IMG/VR virus record: IMGVR_UViG_3300033067_001661
Span: 64,001 to 128,000 of that record
Strand: one strand, 5' to 3'
DNA length: 64,000 nucleotides
Source of the DNA: a virus
Lineage: Duplodnaviria; Heunggongvirae; Uroviricota; Caudoviricetes
A program made the translations under genes and the position numbers. Shown here one piece after another: positions 9,943-19,951 of the stretch. Every line of letters begins with the position of its first letter. Position 1 is the stretch's first letter. The notes beneath the pieces were generated by a model that had not been told where the DNA came from, did not search any database, and worked only from the letters and a program-made list of their open reading frames with translations.

Positions 9943-10551
9943 TTAGTTCCAAAAGTCTGTATTATCTTGACCTTCCTCGTCTTGTGGAAAGTCAAAACCA
10001 TTCTCGTCATCATCGTCCCTTTGCTTCCTCTTATTCTTCAAATCACGAAGAAGATTCTTCATTTCTTCAACGCCTTTGTTGCTCGAAATGTCAACCATAG
10101 TCTTAAGACGAAGCTTGTATTCCAAATCTAGTTCGCTTTTCTTGAGTAAACCAAATAGTTTTTGGTTCTGCAATAACTTCTGAAAAACAGGATTGGACAC
10201 CAACTCCATTAGGCTCTGTTGTTCTTCTCCGCTGAAAGAGTTCTTTATTTCAGATTCAAGATCAACAGTTAGTTTATCCACAACCTCAGTCAGAATATCG
10301 CCATAACTCTTGTCATAACTATCAATGAGTTTCATATTGATAGCTATAAGGCACTCTTTAGTATACTCAAGCTTTTCTTCATCTATATCCGGGTTGCGGC
10401 TTTTTGCATTCTCAGCAATGGCATCAATCTTGGCTCTTATATCAGCTTCAACTTGAGCCTTTTCGCCTTTGAATAAACTATAGCCATCAACATAAGATCT
10501 AAATGGCCTTATGAAGGCAATCGCAAGTTTTGAAGCCCAAGAAATAGACAT
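9943..10551 (-). CDS. hypothetical helical protein
   Basis: 202 aa ORF. Confidence 0.55.
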   Translation of the reverse strand: MSISWASKLAIAFIRPFRSYVDGYSLFKGEKAQVEADIRAKIDAIAENAKSRNPDIDEEKLEYTKECLIAINMKLIDSYDKSYGDILTEVVDKLTVDLESEIKNSFSGEEQQSLMELVSNPVFQKLLQNQKLFGLLKKSELDLEYKLRLKTMVDISSNKGVEEMKNLLRDLKNKRKQRDDDDENGFDFPQDEEGQDNTDFWN

Positions 10552-10552
10552 T

Positions 10553-10948
10553 TCATCTAGCTCCCCTTCTTGCTATAAGTTCCTGCCTAGAAGGGCCAAC
10601 GCCAATGAAGCCAGAAGCAAGTCCGGCAATATGGCACCACGCCTTAACGGAACGTTCCATCTCAGCGTCAGTCATATCGTCATTCATGATCAACTCAGGA
10701 TCCCTAAGAATAGGAGAGTTTGCTGAGAAAACTCCATTGATTTGAAGTCGCTTATAAGCAACCTCGATATGCTGAGGAAGACAACCGATAGTGTCGGCAA
10801 TATCCGTCAGCTTATTTGAAGGTCGGATAAGCTGTGCAAGACAGATAGCGACACCAAAGCCGCCGTCCCTCTCGTCAAGACTAACCTCATTTGTATTCCA
10901 GTTATCGCCGCAAACAGTTCGAACAACTTTTTCGTAATGCGCTTTCAT
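10553..10948 (-). CDS. hypothetical protein (possible wHTH)
   Basis: 131 aa; LTDIADTIGCLPQHIEVAYKRL is HTH-like. Confidence 0.5.
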   Translation of the reverse strand: MKAHYEKVVRTVCGDNWNTNEVSLDERDGGFGVAICLAQLIRPSNKLTDIADTIGCLPQHIEVAYKRLQINGVFSANSPILRDPELIMNDDMTDAEMERSVKAWCHIAGLASGFIGVGPSRQELIARRGAR

Positions 10949-10997
10949 TTACTTCTTCCAAAAGGAACAATCTTGAGAAGCTGCCACGCTAGCAACT

Positions 10998-11633
10998 TCA
11001 ATGAACTCTTGTTATCGCATGAGGAGTACTTTCGACCCAACCATGATGCGATATTTCTATAAACACAGCTTTTTCTTGCAAATCGTAAATAGAACCTACT
11101 CCAGAATAGGTCAAGCCTGAGCGAACTCCGCCAGTAAGTTCATTTAGAATCGAAGAAACCGGACCTTTCGCTCTCACCTCTATGGATTCGCCTTCAGCAG
11201 CAACTCCGATCTTGCCTATATCCTTCAAGAAATGTTTAGAAGATTGTCCTCTATACAATTTGAAAGATCCGTCTTTTGTTGTAAAGATTTCCCCAGGAGC
11301 TTCATCGCAACCAGCAAGAATACTACCAAGCATAACCGCATCCGCTCCGGCAGCAAGAGCTTTTACAATATCACCGCTATTCGTAATTCCGCCATCAGCA
11401 ATAATGCCAACTTCAGGAAAGCCTTCAATCTCAAGAGCTTGTCGAGCATTAATTATTGCAGAAAGTTGAGGCACTCCATGACCAGTAACTATTCTTGTAG
11501 TACAAACAGAATTATGAACAGCAATTCCTTCAATATTATAGGAATGATCGTCTTCTACCTCGATATCAAAGACTTCTCCGCTATATTCTAGAACCTTGAT
11601 TTCGGAAATTTCAATTAGTGTAAACTTTTTCAA
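10998..11633 (-). CDS. guaB: split-intein C-half fused to C-terminal part of IMP dehydrogenase/GMP reductase
   Basis: 41 aa IntC ending VFDIEVEDDHSYNIEGIAVHN, then SVCTTRIVTGHGVPQ, IIADGGI, GDIVKALAAGADAVMLG, YRG, GGVRSGLTYSG. Confidence 0.92.
   Translation of the reverse strand: MKKFTLIEISEIKVLEYSGEVFDIEVEDDHSYNIEGIAVHNSVCTTRIVTGHGVPQLSAIINARQALEIEGFPEVGIIADGGITNSGDIVKALAAGADAVMLGSILAGCDEAPGEIFTTKDGSFKLYRGQSSKHFLKDIGKIGVAAEGESIEVRAKGPVSSILNELTGGVRSGLTYSGVGSIYDLQEKAVFIEISHHGWVESTPHAITRVH
11511..11633 (-). mobile_element. split intein C-fragment (IntC, 41 aa)
   Basis: block F VFDIEV..HSY, block G VHN followed by Ser+1; TTG start overlaps the methylase TGA. Confidence 0.9.
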
Positions 11634-12652
11634 TTTTCAGTTCCTGCAAAAATATTAGATTCTTCAGTTTTAGAAGAATCATTTTTTTCAGCATATTGTT
11701 CCAAGTGCTTATCTAAGATATTTTTGATAGCAAAACGACCACGACCATACTTGTCTTGCAATATTTTTGCTATATCTTTTTTCTTGGCCTTAGTTGAACT
11801 CATTTGAATGTAATCAAGACATATAGATTTTGCGTCTGCATCAGTTATTTTTTTACCTTGATTAACGGGAAGAATATTTTCTACCTTTTTCATCATCTTA
11901 AGGTCTGAACCAAGTTTAATTTCCTTAAGTTTATCTATATGATAATCATATGATTTTTTATTCATTTCATAACCACAAACACTTCTTCCAAGCCTTGTTG
12001 CGATATATGCAGTTGTAAAATTACCCATAAAGAAATCACACACCATGTCTCCTTCATTAGAAGAATACATGATTATCTTGCGGATTAATTCTTCCGGAAG
12101 TTTATTTTGATTTTTCTTTTGATTTGGAGCATAATCTCTATTGATTGCGAAAACATCTTCAAGATCTTGATACAAAAGAGATCCGCCTTTAGAATCTTTT
12201 TCCTGAGAACCAAAACGACAATTAAGATTAAAGGTAGGAGTTGATTTACTAGACTTGCTGTAATACAAAACATGATAATGTGAAGTTACAAATTTCTTCT
12301 TTGTATTAACTCCAAAATTATATTTCCAAATAATATGATTTATTTCATGAAGGCCTAAATTATGAGCAGCGTTTAAGACGTGCCTCAATTTACTATGCCC
12401 CATAATAACATACATGGAACCGTTTTCTTTTAATACTCTTTTTGCCTCGGCTAACCACAAATGAGTCCATTGTTCATAATCATCAGGAGCCTCTTTATAT
12501 CCTTGAATAACGTTGCTTGAGTCTCTTTTGTAATGCTTGTTAAAACCAGTTTCTCCTATACCGAATGGTGGATCAAAAATACCAAGATCAACTGAACCAT
12601 CCTTAATTTTTTTTTCCTTGTCTATGCAATCTTCTGAATAAATTCTAATCAC
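11630..12652 (-). CDS. site-specific DNA methyltransferase (N6A/N4C, beta class)
   Basis: DPPF motif near the N-terminus, SNEGDMVCDFFMG SAM-binding motif downstream. Confidence 0.88.
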   Translation of the reverse strand: MIRIYSEDCIDKEKKIKDGSVDLGIFDPPFGIGETGFNKHYKRDSSNVIQGYKEAPDDYEQWTHLWLAEAKRVLKENGSMYVIMGHSKLRHVLNAAHNLGLHEINHIIWKYNFGVNTKKKFVTSHYHVLYYSKSSKSTPTFNLNCRFGSQEKDSKGGSLLYQDLEDVFAINRDYAPNQKKNQNKLPEELIRKIIMYSSNEGDMVCDFFMGNFTTAYIATRLGRSVCGYEMNKKSYDYHIDKLKEIKLGSDLKMMKKVENILPVNQGKKITDADAKSICLDYIQMSSTKAKKKDIAKILQDKYGRGRFAIKNILDKHLEQYAEKNDSSKTEESNIFAGTEN

Positions 12653-13344
12653 AATTCTTCTCCCATCAACATTCTATATTGCTGTTCTATACAACCCTCT
12701 TGACATTCAATGAATCTAGCGTTTTGTTCTTCAGCAGATACAGCATGATACTGAGGCTTCATCTTTTGGAGGTCTTGTTCACTTATTTCCAAATAAGCCA
12801 AACAATCTTCTTTATTAGGCATTTGTATCTGTATTTGTCCAATACCGTCATGCAATGGTATAAGATTTTGTACTTGTTTCATAGACAACAAATATATACC
12901 CGAACCAACAATGCTCTTCTCATTAATGCAAATGACCCATAAATAATCAAACGCATTATTGTTGAAATTTTTACTATTTTTGGTATTTACCAGTTGAATC
13001 TTCGTGGCCTTTGTTCTACCTTCGCCTCGCTTGCGTTTTCTGGAGAAGATTTCTGATTTTGTCGATTTTATACTAACTCTTTTGCCGTAAATTTCTGCGT
13101 CATGCGAAAGACCTTCATGTTCTGTTATCTTAAGCGTTTCTGGACTAAACTTCTTTCTAAGAGCAAAATTAAAATAATCAGGAGCATGCATTCTGTACTT
13201 CAAAGATGAACTTACTACAGAAGGCGTCATTTTCATTGACAGATAAAGAGCTTCTTTTATCTTGGATGCATTCCTGTTCATAAATTTAGCTATTTCATCC
13301 ATGTTTTTACCTTCAATTTCAGGCTGTATAACTAACTGATCCAT
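12649..13344 (-). CDS. putative PD-(D/E)xK restriction endonuclease
   Basis: HDAEIYGKRVSIKS candidate active site; GTGA-coupled to the methylase. Confidence 0.5.
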   Translation of the reverse strand: MDQLVIQPEIEGKNMDEIAKFMNRNASKIKEALYLSMKMTPSVVSSSLKYRMHAPDYFNFALRKKFSPETLKITEHEGLSHDAEIYGKRVSIKSTKSEIFSRKRKRGEGRTKATKIQLVNTKNSKNFNNNAFDYLWVICINEKSIVGSGIYLLSMKQVQNLIPLHDGIGQIQIQMPNKEDCLAYLEISEQDLQKMKPQYHAVSAEEQNARFIECQEGCIEQQYRMLMGEEL

Positions 13345-13347
13345 ACT

Positions 13348-14280
13348 CTATTTATCCTTTGATAATTCAACAACTATTTTATCTAAAATCACAAAATTGC
13401 TGTTCTTTATTTCACTTTCCCAAATATACCACATTTTGTACCCGTACTTCTCAGCGAATGCTTTCTTTTCTTCGTCTCGTTGTACCTTAAACTTTTGTCT
13501 TTCACTGAGTTTTCGCTTACCACTTTCATTACCATAAATAAGTGGGTTTCCATGCCAATAATCACCCATCACTTCCAGTAAAATATCGTCGCCAATGATA
13601 AAATCATACTGATACTTTCTATGTAGAATTTTACTGTATTTATACTTTATGTTTCTTCTGATCAATTCTTCTTCAACAATCTTTTCTATTGAAGTTTTTA
13701 GACCTTTAGACTGCTTCTCAATAGATTTTATTCCCTGCTGCTTAAGCCTTTCTAAGGCCTCAGGATGGTCCTGAAGATATTGCTTATTTTTGCGACTAAT
13801 AGTTTTTCTTGCTTCATCAGTATGGGTTTTGTTGTAAAAAGGGTTCTTAAATCCGGTAACAGAATCCGATATCTTTTGTTTGATTTCTTTGGACTCTTGC
13901 TCTGTATATGTTTCCCACATATTCTTTTGGAAGAAGTAATTCTTTTCGCCCGTATTCATTCCTGTTTTAGAGTCACGAATCTTGTCAATAGATTCTTCTG
14001 AATGCTTCTTCCCGTAAAATGGGTTTCTTTTGCCCAAAGATCTACAATAAAAGCATTCATATTTCTTATTTAAGGGAGAAGATTTTCCGCTATAAAGTGA
14101 TATTTGATTGTAATTCGTGCAGCCTATATTTGAACAGTAAACGTTACATCTTTGTCCGTATATTTTAGAACCATCTACTCTATCTCCATTTGATAACAGA
14201 TAAATACATCTACGACCGTTGAGTTTTTTCTTTTCAATAATCTGAGCATCGTTTTGACAAAGTACAATCTTGTTTATCAT
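13348..14280 (-). CDS. NUMOD3-repeat Vsr/DUF559-like (EDxHD-type) homing endonuclease
   Basis: repeats GKRNPFYGKKHSEES / GFKNPFYNKTHTDEA; YDFII..LEVMGDYWHG..RDEEK..YIWESE; start at ATG 14280 after GGAG. Confidence 0.85.
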   Translation of the reverse strand: MINKIVLCQNDAQIIEKKKLNGRRCIYLLSNGDRVDGSKIYGQRCNVYCSNIGCTNYNQISLYSGKSSPLNKKYECFYCRSLGKRNPFYGKKHSEESIDKIRDSKTGMNTGEKNYFFQKNMWETYTEQESKEIKQKISDSVTGFKNPFYNKTHTDEARKTISRKNKQYLQDHPEALERLKQQGIKSIEKQSKGLKTSIEKIVEEELIRRNIKYKYSKILHRKYQYDFIIGDDILLEVMGDYWHGNPLIYGNESGKRKLSERQKFKVQRDEEKKAFAEKYGYKMWYIWESEIKNSNFVILDKIVVELSKDK

Positions 14281-14341
14281 AACCACTCTCCAAACTAGCA
14301 CTTCCAACGCCTAGTTTTACTGAGATGGCTGATAAGCTCCT

Positions 14342-14650
14342 TCATTCTTTATTTATTTTTAGCAGGAAATATTCAGGAGACAAGTCTTTGGCTCTGATCC
14401 ACTCCGCATACTCATTTATGTTTTCATCATTTATAATGTCCTTATATTTCTTATGCAAAACATAATATTCATGATTATCAGTTGACTTTATACCGTTGAT
14501 GGAGATTAGTTTCTTGTTTTCCTGTCTTACCATTTTACCAACAACTTTTTTATATCTATTGCGATGAGTAAGAACTTCTTCTCCAACCTGTATTTGGTCT
14601 ATGTTTTTAGAACCATTTTTAGTTATTACTTTATTATCGCTGGTAAAACA
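14342..14650 (-). mobile_element. split intein N-fragment (IntN, 102 aa)
   Basis: Cys1 CFTSDNKVITKNG, block B STDNHEYYV, WIRAKDL, then a stop codon. Confidence 0.9.
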
Positions 14651-15226
14651 TCCAGAACCAATACCAACTTTTACACAATCAGCGCCAGCAGCAGCAAGAT
14701 CAACAGCACCTTCCGGTGTTGCAATATTTCCTGCTATAATTGTAGTATTAGGTATTTTTGACAAAGCCTGAACAGTTTCGATAGACTGTTCCATATGACC
14801 ATGAGCTACATCTAAACAAATTATTGCTTTTGTTGGGAACTTGGGACTAAATCCATTACAAATATTCTCCGCAAATTTTATCCACTTATCTCCGCAACCA
14901 ACACTAAATGCAGTATGCTTGCATGATTCATGTACTTTTTCTATCTCTTTTTTATAATCATCGATGGAGGAATAAAAACGATGCAAAATACCAAGACCCC
15001 CATGATCGCACATTGCTTTTGCCATCTTGGAGCCAGTTACAGTATCCATATTGGCGCTGATAAACGGGATATCTAAAGATACTCCTTCAGCAAGATGAGA
15101 GACAAGACTAATACGACTGTCCATTCTTGACTTGAATGGAGACCTTTGCGGCTTTAGAAGAACGTCATTGAACGTCAACCACGACGAAGGCCAATATTGC
15201 TCACCAGCAGCATTCTCAAACTTCAT
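14342..15226 (-). CDS. guaB: N-terminal part of IMP dehydrogenase/GMP reductase fused to split-intein N-half
   Basis: LTFNDVLLKP, PFISANMDTVT, GGLGILHR, DVAHGH, AGNIAT, VKVGIGSG, then CFTSDNKV... intein; no CBS domains. Confidence 0.92.
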   Translation of the reverse strand: MKFENAAGEQYWPSSWLTFNDVLLKPQRSPFKSRMDSRISLVSHLAEGVSLDIPFISANMDTVTGSKMAKAMCDHGGLGILHRFYSSIDDYKKEIEKVHESCKHTAFSVGCGDKWIKFAENICNGFSPKFPTKAIICLDVAHGHMEQSIETVQALSKIPNTTIIAGNIATPEGAVDLAAAGADCVKVGIGSGCFTSDNKVITKNGSKNIDQIQVGEEVLTHRNRYKKVVGKMVRQENKKLISINGIKSTDNHEYYVLHKKYKDIINDENINEYAEWIRAKDLSPEYFLLKINKE

Positions 15227-15238
15227 GTTGCTTATTCC

Positions 15239-15658
15239 TTACTCGGGAGTTACAAGCTTCAATCTATTGATTGCCTCGGATTGGGCAGCATTAGGAACAA
15301 TGATATCAGGCTTACTCTTGGCCTTATCTTCCTGCTTCTTGCGCAAATCGTCAACAACCTGCTTTGCAAGCTCTGGGAACTTCTCATAAGCCTCTTTGAG
15401 GGTTTCACTCTCGATTGGGAATCGAACTTCTTGAGGACGAACATCTATAAGCATTGGTCGTCCGTCAGGGCCAGGGGCATGAACACCAACAGGAATAAGA
15501 ATAACTCCAAGATGGACAACTCTAGGTTCTGGCTCTTTAAGCTCAGCAGTCATCTGCTCGTCCGTAGGTGTCATTCCGCTTTCTGCGTCAACAAGAGTCA
15601 ATCTTTCGATTCTTTCACCGTCTGGTCCAAAAAAGTTCTCTACAGTTCTAATCAGCAT
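15239..15658 (-). CDS. hypothetical protein
   Basis: 139 aa ORF with AGGAG SD. Confidence 0.6.
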   Translation of the reverse strand: MLIRTVENFFGPDGERIERLTLVDAESGMTPTDEQMTAELKEPEPRVVHLGVILIPVGVHAPGPDGRPMLIDVRPQEVRFPIESETLKEAYEKFPELAKQVVDDLRKKQEDKAKSKPDIIVPNAAQSEAINRLKLVTPE

Positions 15659-15670
15659 GTCTTTAGCTCC

Positions 15671-16642
15671 TTATGCAACATCAATCGTCTTTCCAAGCTG
15701 GCGAATATCGGAATCCACCATAATATGACAAAGCTCTTTCATGGATGTTTTCGGAACCCATCCAAGCTTTTCACGAGCCTTTGAAGGATCGCCAAGCAAA
15801 AAGTTCACTTCTGAGGGTCTAAAATACTTCGGGTCAATGACAACGCAATCTTCCCAATCAAGATTAACTCTCCAAAATGCTTCTTGCAAAAACTCTCTCA
15901 CGCTATAACTCTGACCTGTTGCAACAACAAAATCTTCAGGTTTATCTTGTTGAAGCATGAGCCACATTGCTTCAACATACTCTTTTGCATAACCCCAATC
16001 TCTCTTAGCGTCAAGATTACCAAGACGAAGCTCTTTCTGTAAGCCAGCCTTGATTCTCGCAACTGCCCTTGTTATCTTTCTTGTAACAAACGTTTCTCCT
16101 CGTCTAGGGCTTTCATGATTGAAAAGAATACCACTGCATGCATACATGCCATACGATTCTCTATAGTTTCTTGTCAAATAATGAGCGCAAACTTTTCCGC
16201 ATGCATAAGGACTTTGCGGCAGGAAAGTCGTTAGTTCATTTTGAGGAGGTAATGCTGCGCCAAACATTTCACTAGACGAAGCATTGTATATCTTAGAATT
16301 AAGGCCCAAAGACCTTACGGATTCAAGTATATTTAGCGTACCAAGAGCGGTTGAAGATACAGTATAATGAGGTATTTCAAAGCTAACCTTAACATGAGAC
16401 ATAGCCGCAAGATGATATATTTCGTCTGGTCGAGTTTCGTTGATAACTCCAGATATACTTGTTTGATCAAGCAAATCCGCATGATGCAAATGCAACTTAT
16501 CAAATATGTGGTCTATTCTCTCAGTATTGAATGAACTAGACCTTCTCAAAGTCCCATGAACCTCATATCCTTTAGAAAGCAAAAGCTCTGCAAGATAAGA
16601 GCCATCTTGTCCTGAAACGCCAGTTATTAATGCCTTTTTCAT
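15671..16642 (-). CDS. gmd: GDP-mannose 4,6-dehydratase
   Basis: [52 protein letters not shown]. Confidence 0.97.
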   Translation of the reverse strand: MKKALITGVSGQDGSYLAELLLSKGYEVHGTLRRSSSFNTERIDHIFDKLHLHHADLLDQTSISGVINETRPDEIYHLAAMSHVKVSFEIPHYTVSSTALGTLNILESVRSLGLNSKIYNASSSEMFGAALPPQNELTTFLPQSPYACGKVCAHYLTRNYRESYGMYACSGILFNHESPRRGETFVTRKITRAVARIKAGLQKELRLGNLDAKRDWGYAKEYVEAMWLMLQQDKPEDFVVATGQSYSVREFLQEAFWRVNLDWEDCVVIDPKYFRPSEVNFLLGDPSKAREKLGWVPKTSMKELCHIMVDSDIRQLGKTIDVA

Positions 16643-17556
16643 ACTCTCTCTTTCTCTGAAGTTTGCTGAAGATACCAGTCGTATGTCTTCTTAAGCCCTT
16701 CGTCTAAATCAGTAAATGGCTCAAGAGCAAAAGCGCTAGATATCTTTGAAATATCTACGTCTTTTCTATGAACGCCGTCAAGTTTTCCATTATAATAAAT
16801 ACTGCCCCAATAGTTCGTAACTTTCGCAACTGATTGAGCAATCTCTGCTATTGAGTAGTTTCTTGGATTTGCAAAGTTAAACTCGCCACTAATATCAGAA
16901 TTAAGAATACGGAAAAGCATCCTAGCAAGATCGTCAACATATGTTAGTTGTCGCAAAGACAAACCTGTTCCATAAAGCTCAACAGTATCTTTACCCTCTT
17001 TTACAGCATTATGGAACTTAAGCATTAGCGCCGGAATAACATGACTTTTTTGCAAGTCAAACGTGTCATGAGGACCATAAAGATTGCTAGGATAAACAGT
17101 TGTCCAGTTCAAACCATATTGCTGCTTGGCTGTCTCTATCTGTACCTGCATCATTCTTTTGGCAAAAGCATAACCATAGTTCGTTTTTTCTGGATAGCCT
17201 TTATGAAGAACCTCTTCCTTAATCGGATAAGACTCAACGATTGCCGGATACACGCAAGTGCTTGAAAGAGCAATGACCTTCGGAACTCGCAATTCCACAC
17301 AAGCATTGATAACATTTGTATTAATTCTAAGATTCTGAACAAAGTAATCATATAGAAAATCAGAGTTATCCTTGATACCTCCAACTTTTGCGGCAAGATG
17401 GATTACAGCGTCAGGTTTATGAGAGAAAAACAAACCACTAACCCCTTTTGGGTCTCTCAAATCGCAATCCATAGAGCTTAGATAGGTTGCATTAGGAAAA
17501 ATTCTTTGCAGGGCTTTTCCAACCATACCCGTTCCACCAGTAACTAGAACCTTCAT
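16639..17556 (-). CDS. fcl: GDP-L-fucose synthase
   Basis: [44 protein letters not shown]. Confidence 0.93.
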   Translation of the reverse strand: MKVLVTGGTGMVGKALQRIFPNATYLSSMDCDLRDPKGVSGLFFSHKPDAVIHLAAKVGGIKDNSDFLYDYFVQNLRINTNVINACVELRVPKVIALSSTCVYPAIVESYPIKEEVLHKGYPEKTNYGYAFAKRMMQVQIETAKQQYGLNWTTVYPSNLYGPHDTFDLQKSHVIPALMLKFHNAVKEGKDTVELYGTGLSLRQLTYVDDLARMLFRILNSDISGEFNFANPRNYSIAEIAQSVAKVTNYWGSIYYNGKLDGVHRKDVDISKISSAFALEPFTDLDEGLKKTYDWYLQQTSEKERV

Positions 17557-17566
17557 TATTCACCTT

Positions 17567-17950
17567 TCAAAAACACTGTTCATCGTCTTTAAGTTCATTT
17601 TCTAGTTCTTCGTCAAAGATAAAAGCCTCGTCCAGGACTTCAACTTCTGGAGGGGGCTGTATAAGATAATGAATACCGTCATTTTGAGAAGATTTGGTAA
17701 AAGCCATTTCTCCGTCTCGGAGAATATTCTCTATTACAGGAAAGTCTACCGGATCTATGACCAACTCCTGTTCGACCCTATTTATTTGGCAAAAGCTAAT
17801 TATGGCATAGATCTTATCCATCTCCATGCCAATTTCTTTTAGCTTGATTACCTTTGGTTTGCGCTTGCCCCTCTTGATTGGTTTAGCATCTTTTGTCTTT
17901 TTGATAACCTTGCTTGGCTTGGATTCTTTCTTCTCTATCTTTCTCCTCAT
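17567..17950 (-). CDS. hypothetical protein (basic N-terminus, acidic C-terminus)
   Basis: 127 aa ORF with GGAG SD. Confidence 0.55.
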   Translation of the reverse strand: MRRKIEKKESKPSKVIKKTKDAKPIKRGKRKPKVIKLKEIGMEMDKIYAIISFCQINRVEQELVIDPVDFPVIENILRDGEMAFTKSSQNDGIHYLIQPPPEVEVLDEAFIFDEELENELKDDEQCF

Positions 17951-18026
17951 ATACTCTCTCCATAATATGACTGAACATATACTTTTCGGAGTTAGTACAG
18001 GGAGCGCTTGCGCATTTCACCAAATA

Positions 18027-18710
18027 TCAAGGTAATCTGGGATTGAAATTAGATCTTTTTCTGCGCTCGTATGTTCTTCCGTCTTGCCGGTAAAACGATT
18101 CGTTTCGCATATGAAGCTGATCTTTGCCTGTATAGTCAACCCAGTCATGCCTGATTATGACCTTATCGAGGTAGACAGCCTTATTCATGGCATAAACAGA
18201 ATCATGAAACTCATTATCGCAATACAGACTAACGTAACTTGGATGATAGATATACCCAAAATGGTCGTATAACGGCTTCCCCATAATAGAAAGAGTAATC
18301 AATCTTTGCCCAACCCTACCGTCACTGTAATGTAAAGCTCCATCAAAACTAGGAAAATGCTTTGTCATATCATCAAAGATAATCTTATCATAACCCTTTT
18401 CTATAGGAGTCATATCATCACTTGCCAACAAAAGAATCTTCCAATCATTATGATGATGCATGTCTGCATTTATTGCTTGAACTTTACTTTTTGAGTTACC
18501 ATAATAATAGAAAATATGCTGTCTTCCACCATTTGCAGGGCTTAGCCACCATTTCATATCATCATTGTTCATCCAATGGTCGTCAATGTCCATAGAGACA
18601 ACAAACTTAACCTTTAGCTCACCAGACAGCATGCTATAATACTTATCAAATTGATTACGAAACTTATCCGGTCGCCCTCTTGTTGGAAACTTAATTAGTA
18701 GATCAAACAT
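18027..18710 (-). CDS. GT-A fold glycosyltransferase (GT2-like)
   Basis: KFPTRGRP, SKVQAIN, LASDDM, YCDNEF. Confidence 0.65.
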   Translation of the reverse strand: MFDLLIKFPTRGRPDKFRNQFDKYYSMLSGELKVKFVVSMDIDDHWMNNDDMKWWLSPANGGRQHIFYYYGNSKSKVQAINADMHHHNDWKILLLASDDMTPIEKGYDKIIFDDMTKHFPSFDGALHYSDGRVGQRLITLSIMGKPLYDHFGYIYHPSYVSLYCDNEFHDSVYAMNKAVYLDKVIIRHDWVDYTGKDQLHMRNESFYRQDGRTYERRKRSNFNPRLP

Positions 18711-18719
18711 AATAACTCC

Positions 18720-19283
18720 TTAAACTTCAACTAACCAGCATTGACCATTGGTTGAATAATTGCCTTGACCAAAAACTTCATTAATAGCTCTAGTTACGCC
18801 TTCCCAGCCATAATCATGACCAGCAATAATTCCGCCTTTACGAACCTTAGGCAGCCAATGCTTGATATCTTGTATAACAAACTCATACTTATGTTCCGCA
18901 TCTATAAAGACAAAATCTATAGAAGAATCAGAATAACGAGCAGAAGCAAGAACGGAGTCCATTTCCACAGGCCTCATAATATGAAGAACAGGAGCCATGT
19001 TATTCAGAAATTCTGGAAAAATAGTACCGTTACGAACAAGTGTTTCATCATAAGCGCCATTAGAAGGATCATACATTTGCTCAGACCCTTTCCATGTATC
19101 AACGACATCGAGCTTTATACGCTTACCTGAGTTTATTATTTCAACAGCAAGATAAGAGGTACTCTGACCGTACCAAGCTCCTATTTCAACGAAAAAATAG
19201 TCGTCTTTTGCCCAAGAAACAATCTTGGAATAAACATCCTCATAATCAAAATATCCAGGAATCGTCTTATAGAAATGATTCAT
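18720..19283 (-). CDS. class I SAM-dependent methyltransferase (Methyltransf_24-like)
   Basis: VEIGAWYGQS, DFVFIDAEH, GGIIAGHDY. Confidence 0.85.
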   Translation of the reverse strand: MNHFYKTIPGYFDYEDVYSKIVSWAKDDYFFVEIGAWYGQSTSYLAVEIINSGKRIKLDVVDTWKGSEQMYDPSNGAYDETLVRNGTIFPEFLNNMAPVLHIMRPVEMDSVLASARYSDSSIDFVFIDAEHKYEFVIQDIKHWLPKVRKGGIIAGHDYGWEGVTRAINEVFGQGNYSTNGQCWLVEV

Positions 19284-19951
19284 ACTTTACTCAACAATCC
19301 AATATAGAGACCATGCCACCACCATTCTTTTATCGGTTCTTCTCTTTCCAACTCAAGAGAATATTGAATCTTGATTTTTGAAGATAAAGATTCCAAAGAA
19401 TACTTGGTTGCTGATTTAACAACAGGAAATGAATAATCATCAACTATAAACAAAAATGTATCCGAAAGATTGTCTAATGCATATTCTAATGCTCTACTTT
19501 GAGGCTCAAAATCATGACAGCCATCATAGAAGAAAACATCAAACTTACCATGCTCAGAAAGATCTGTTTTGAAAAAGTCAGCATCAATAAAACGATGCTT
19601 ACCATCCGTAAAAATCATAAGGTTATTATCAAGATCATTTCTTATCGAAACACCATTATCCCATTCCCTATCTGTTTCTAGAAAGTCTTTACCAAACTCC
19701 GAGAAGTTATCGATCAACAAACTCTTAGAAATATTGTTCTTATACAAAGCAGCACAAGCTGTACTGCCTCGCCAACATCCAACCTCTAAATAAGAAAGAC
19801 CTTCAATAGACATTAGGTTATTCAAAAAATGCCTATTTCGCTCGCTAGACATTCCCATAATTGAAAGAACAAAAGAATCAAGTTTTGACTCTTTATTATT
19901 CGCTTTATGAAAACTTGTAAGTATATGTTCAGGTGTTAGCTTTGATGACAT
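19280..19951 (-). CDS. class I SAM-dependent methyltransferase
   Basis: YLEVGCWRGST, FDVFFYDGCH, IVDDY. Confidence 0.8.
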   Translation of the reverse strand: MSSKLTPEHILTSFHKANNKESKLDSFVLSIMGMSSERNRHFLNNLMSIEGLSYLEVGCWRGSTACAALYKNNISKSLLIDNFSEFGKDFLETDREWDNGVSIRNDLDNNLMIFTDGKHRFIDADFFKTDLSEHGKFDVFFYDGCHDFEPQSRALEYALDNLSDTFLFIVDDYSFPVVKSATKYSLESLSSKIKIQYSLELEREEPIKEWWWHGLYIGLLSKV

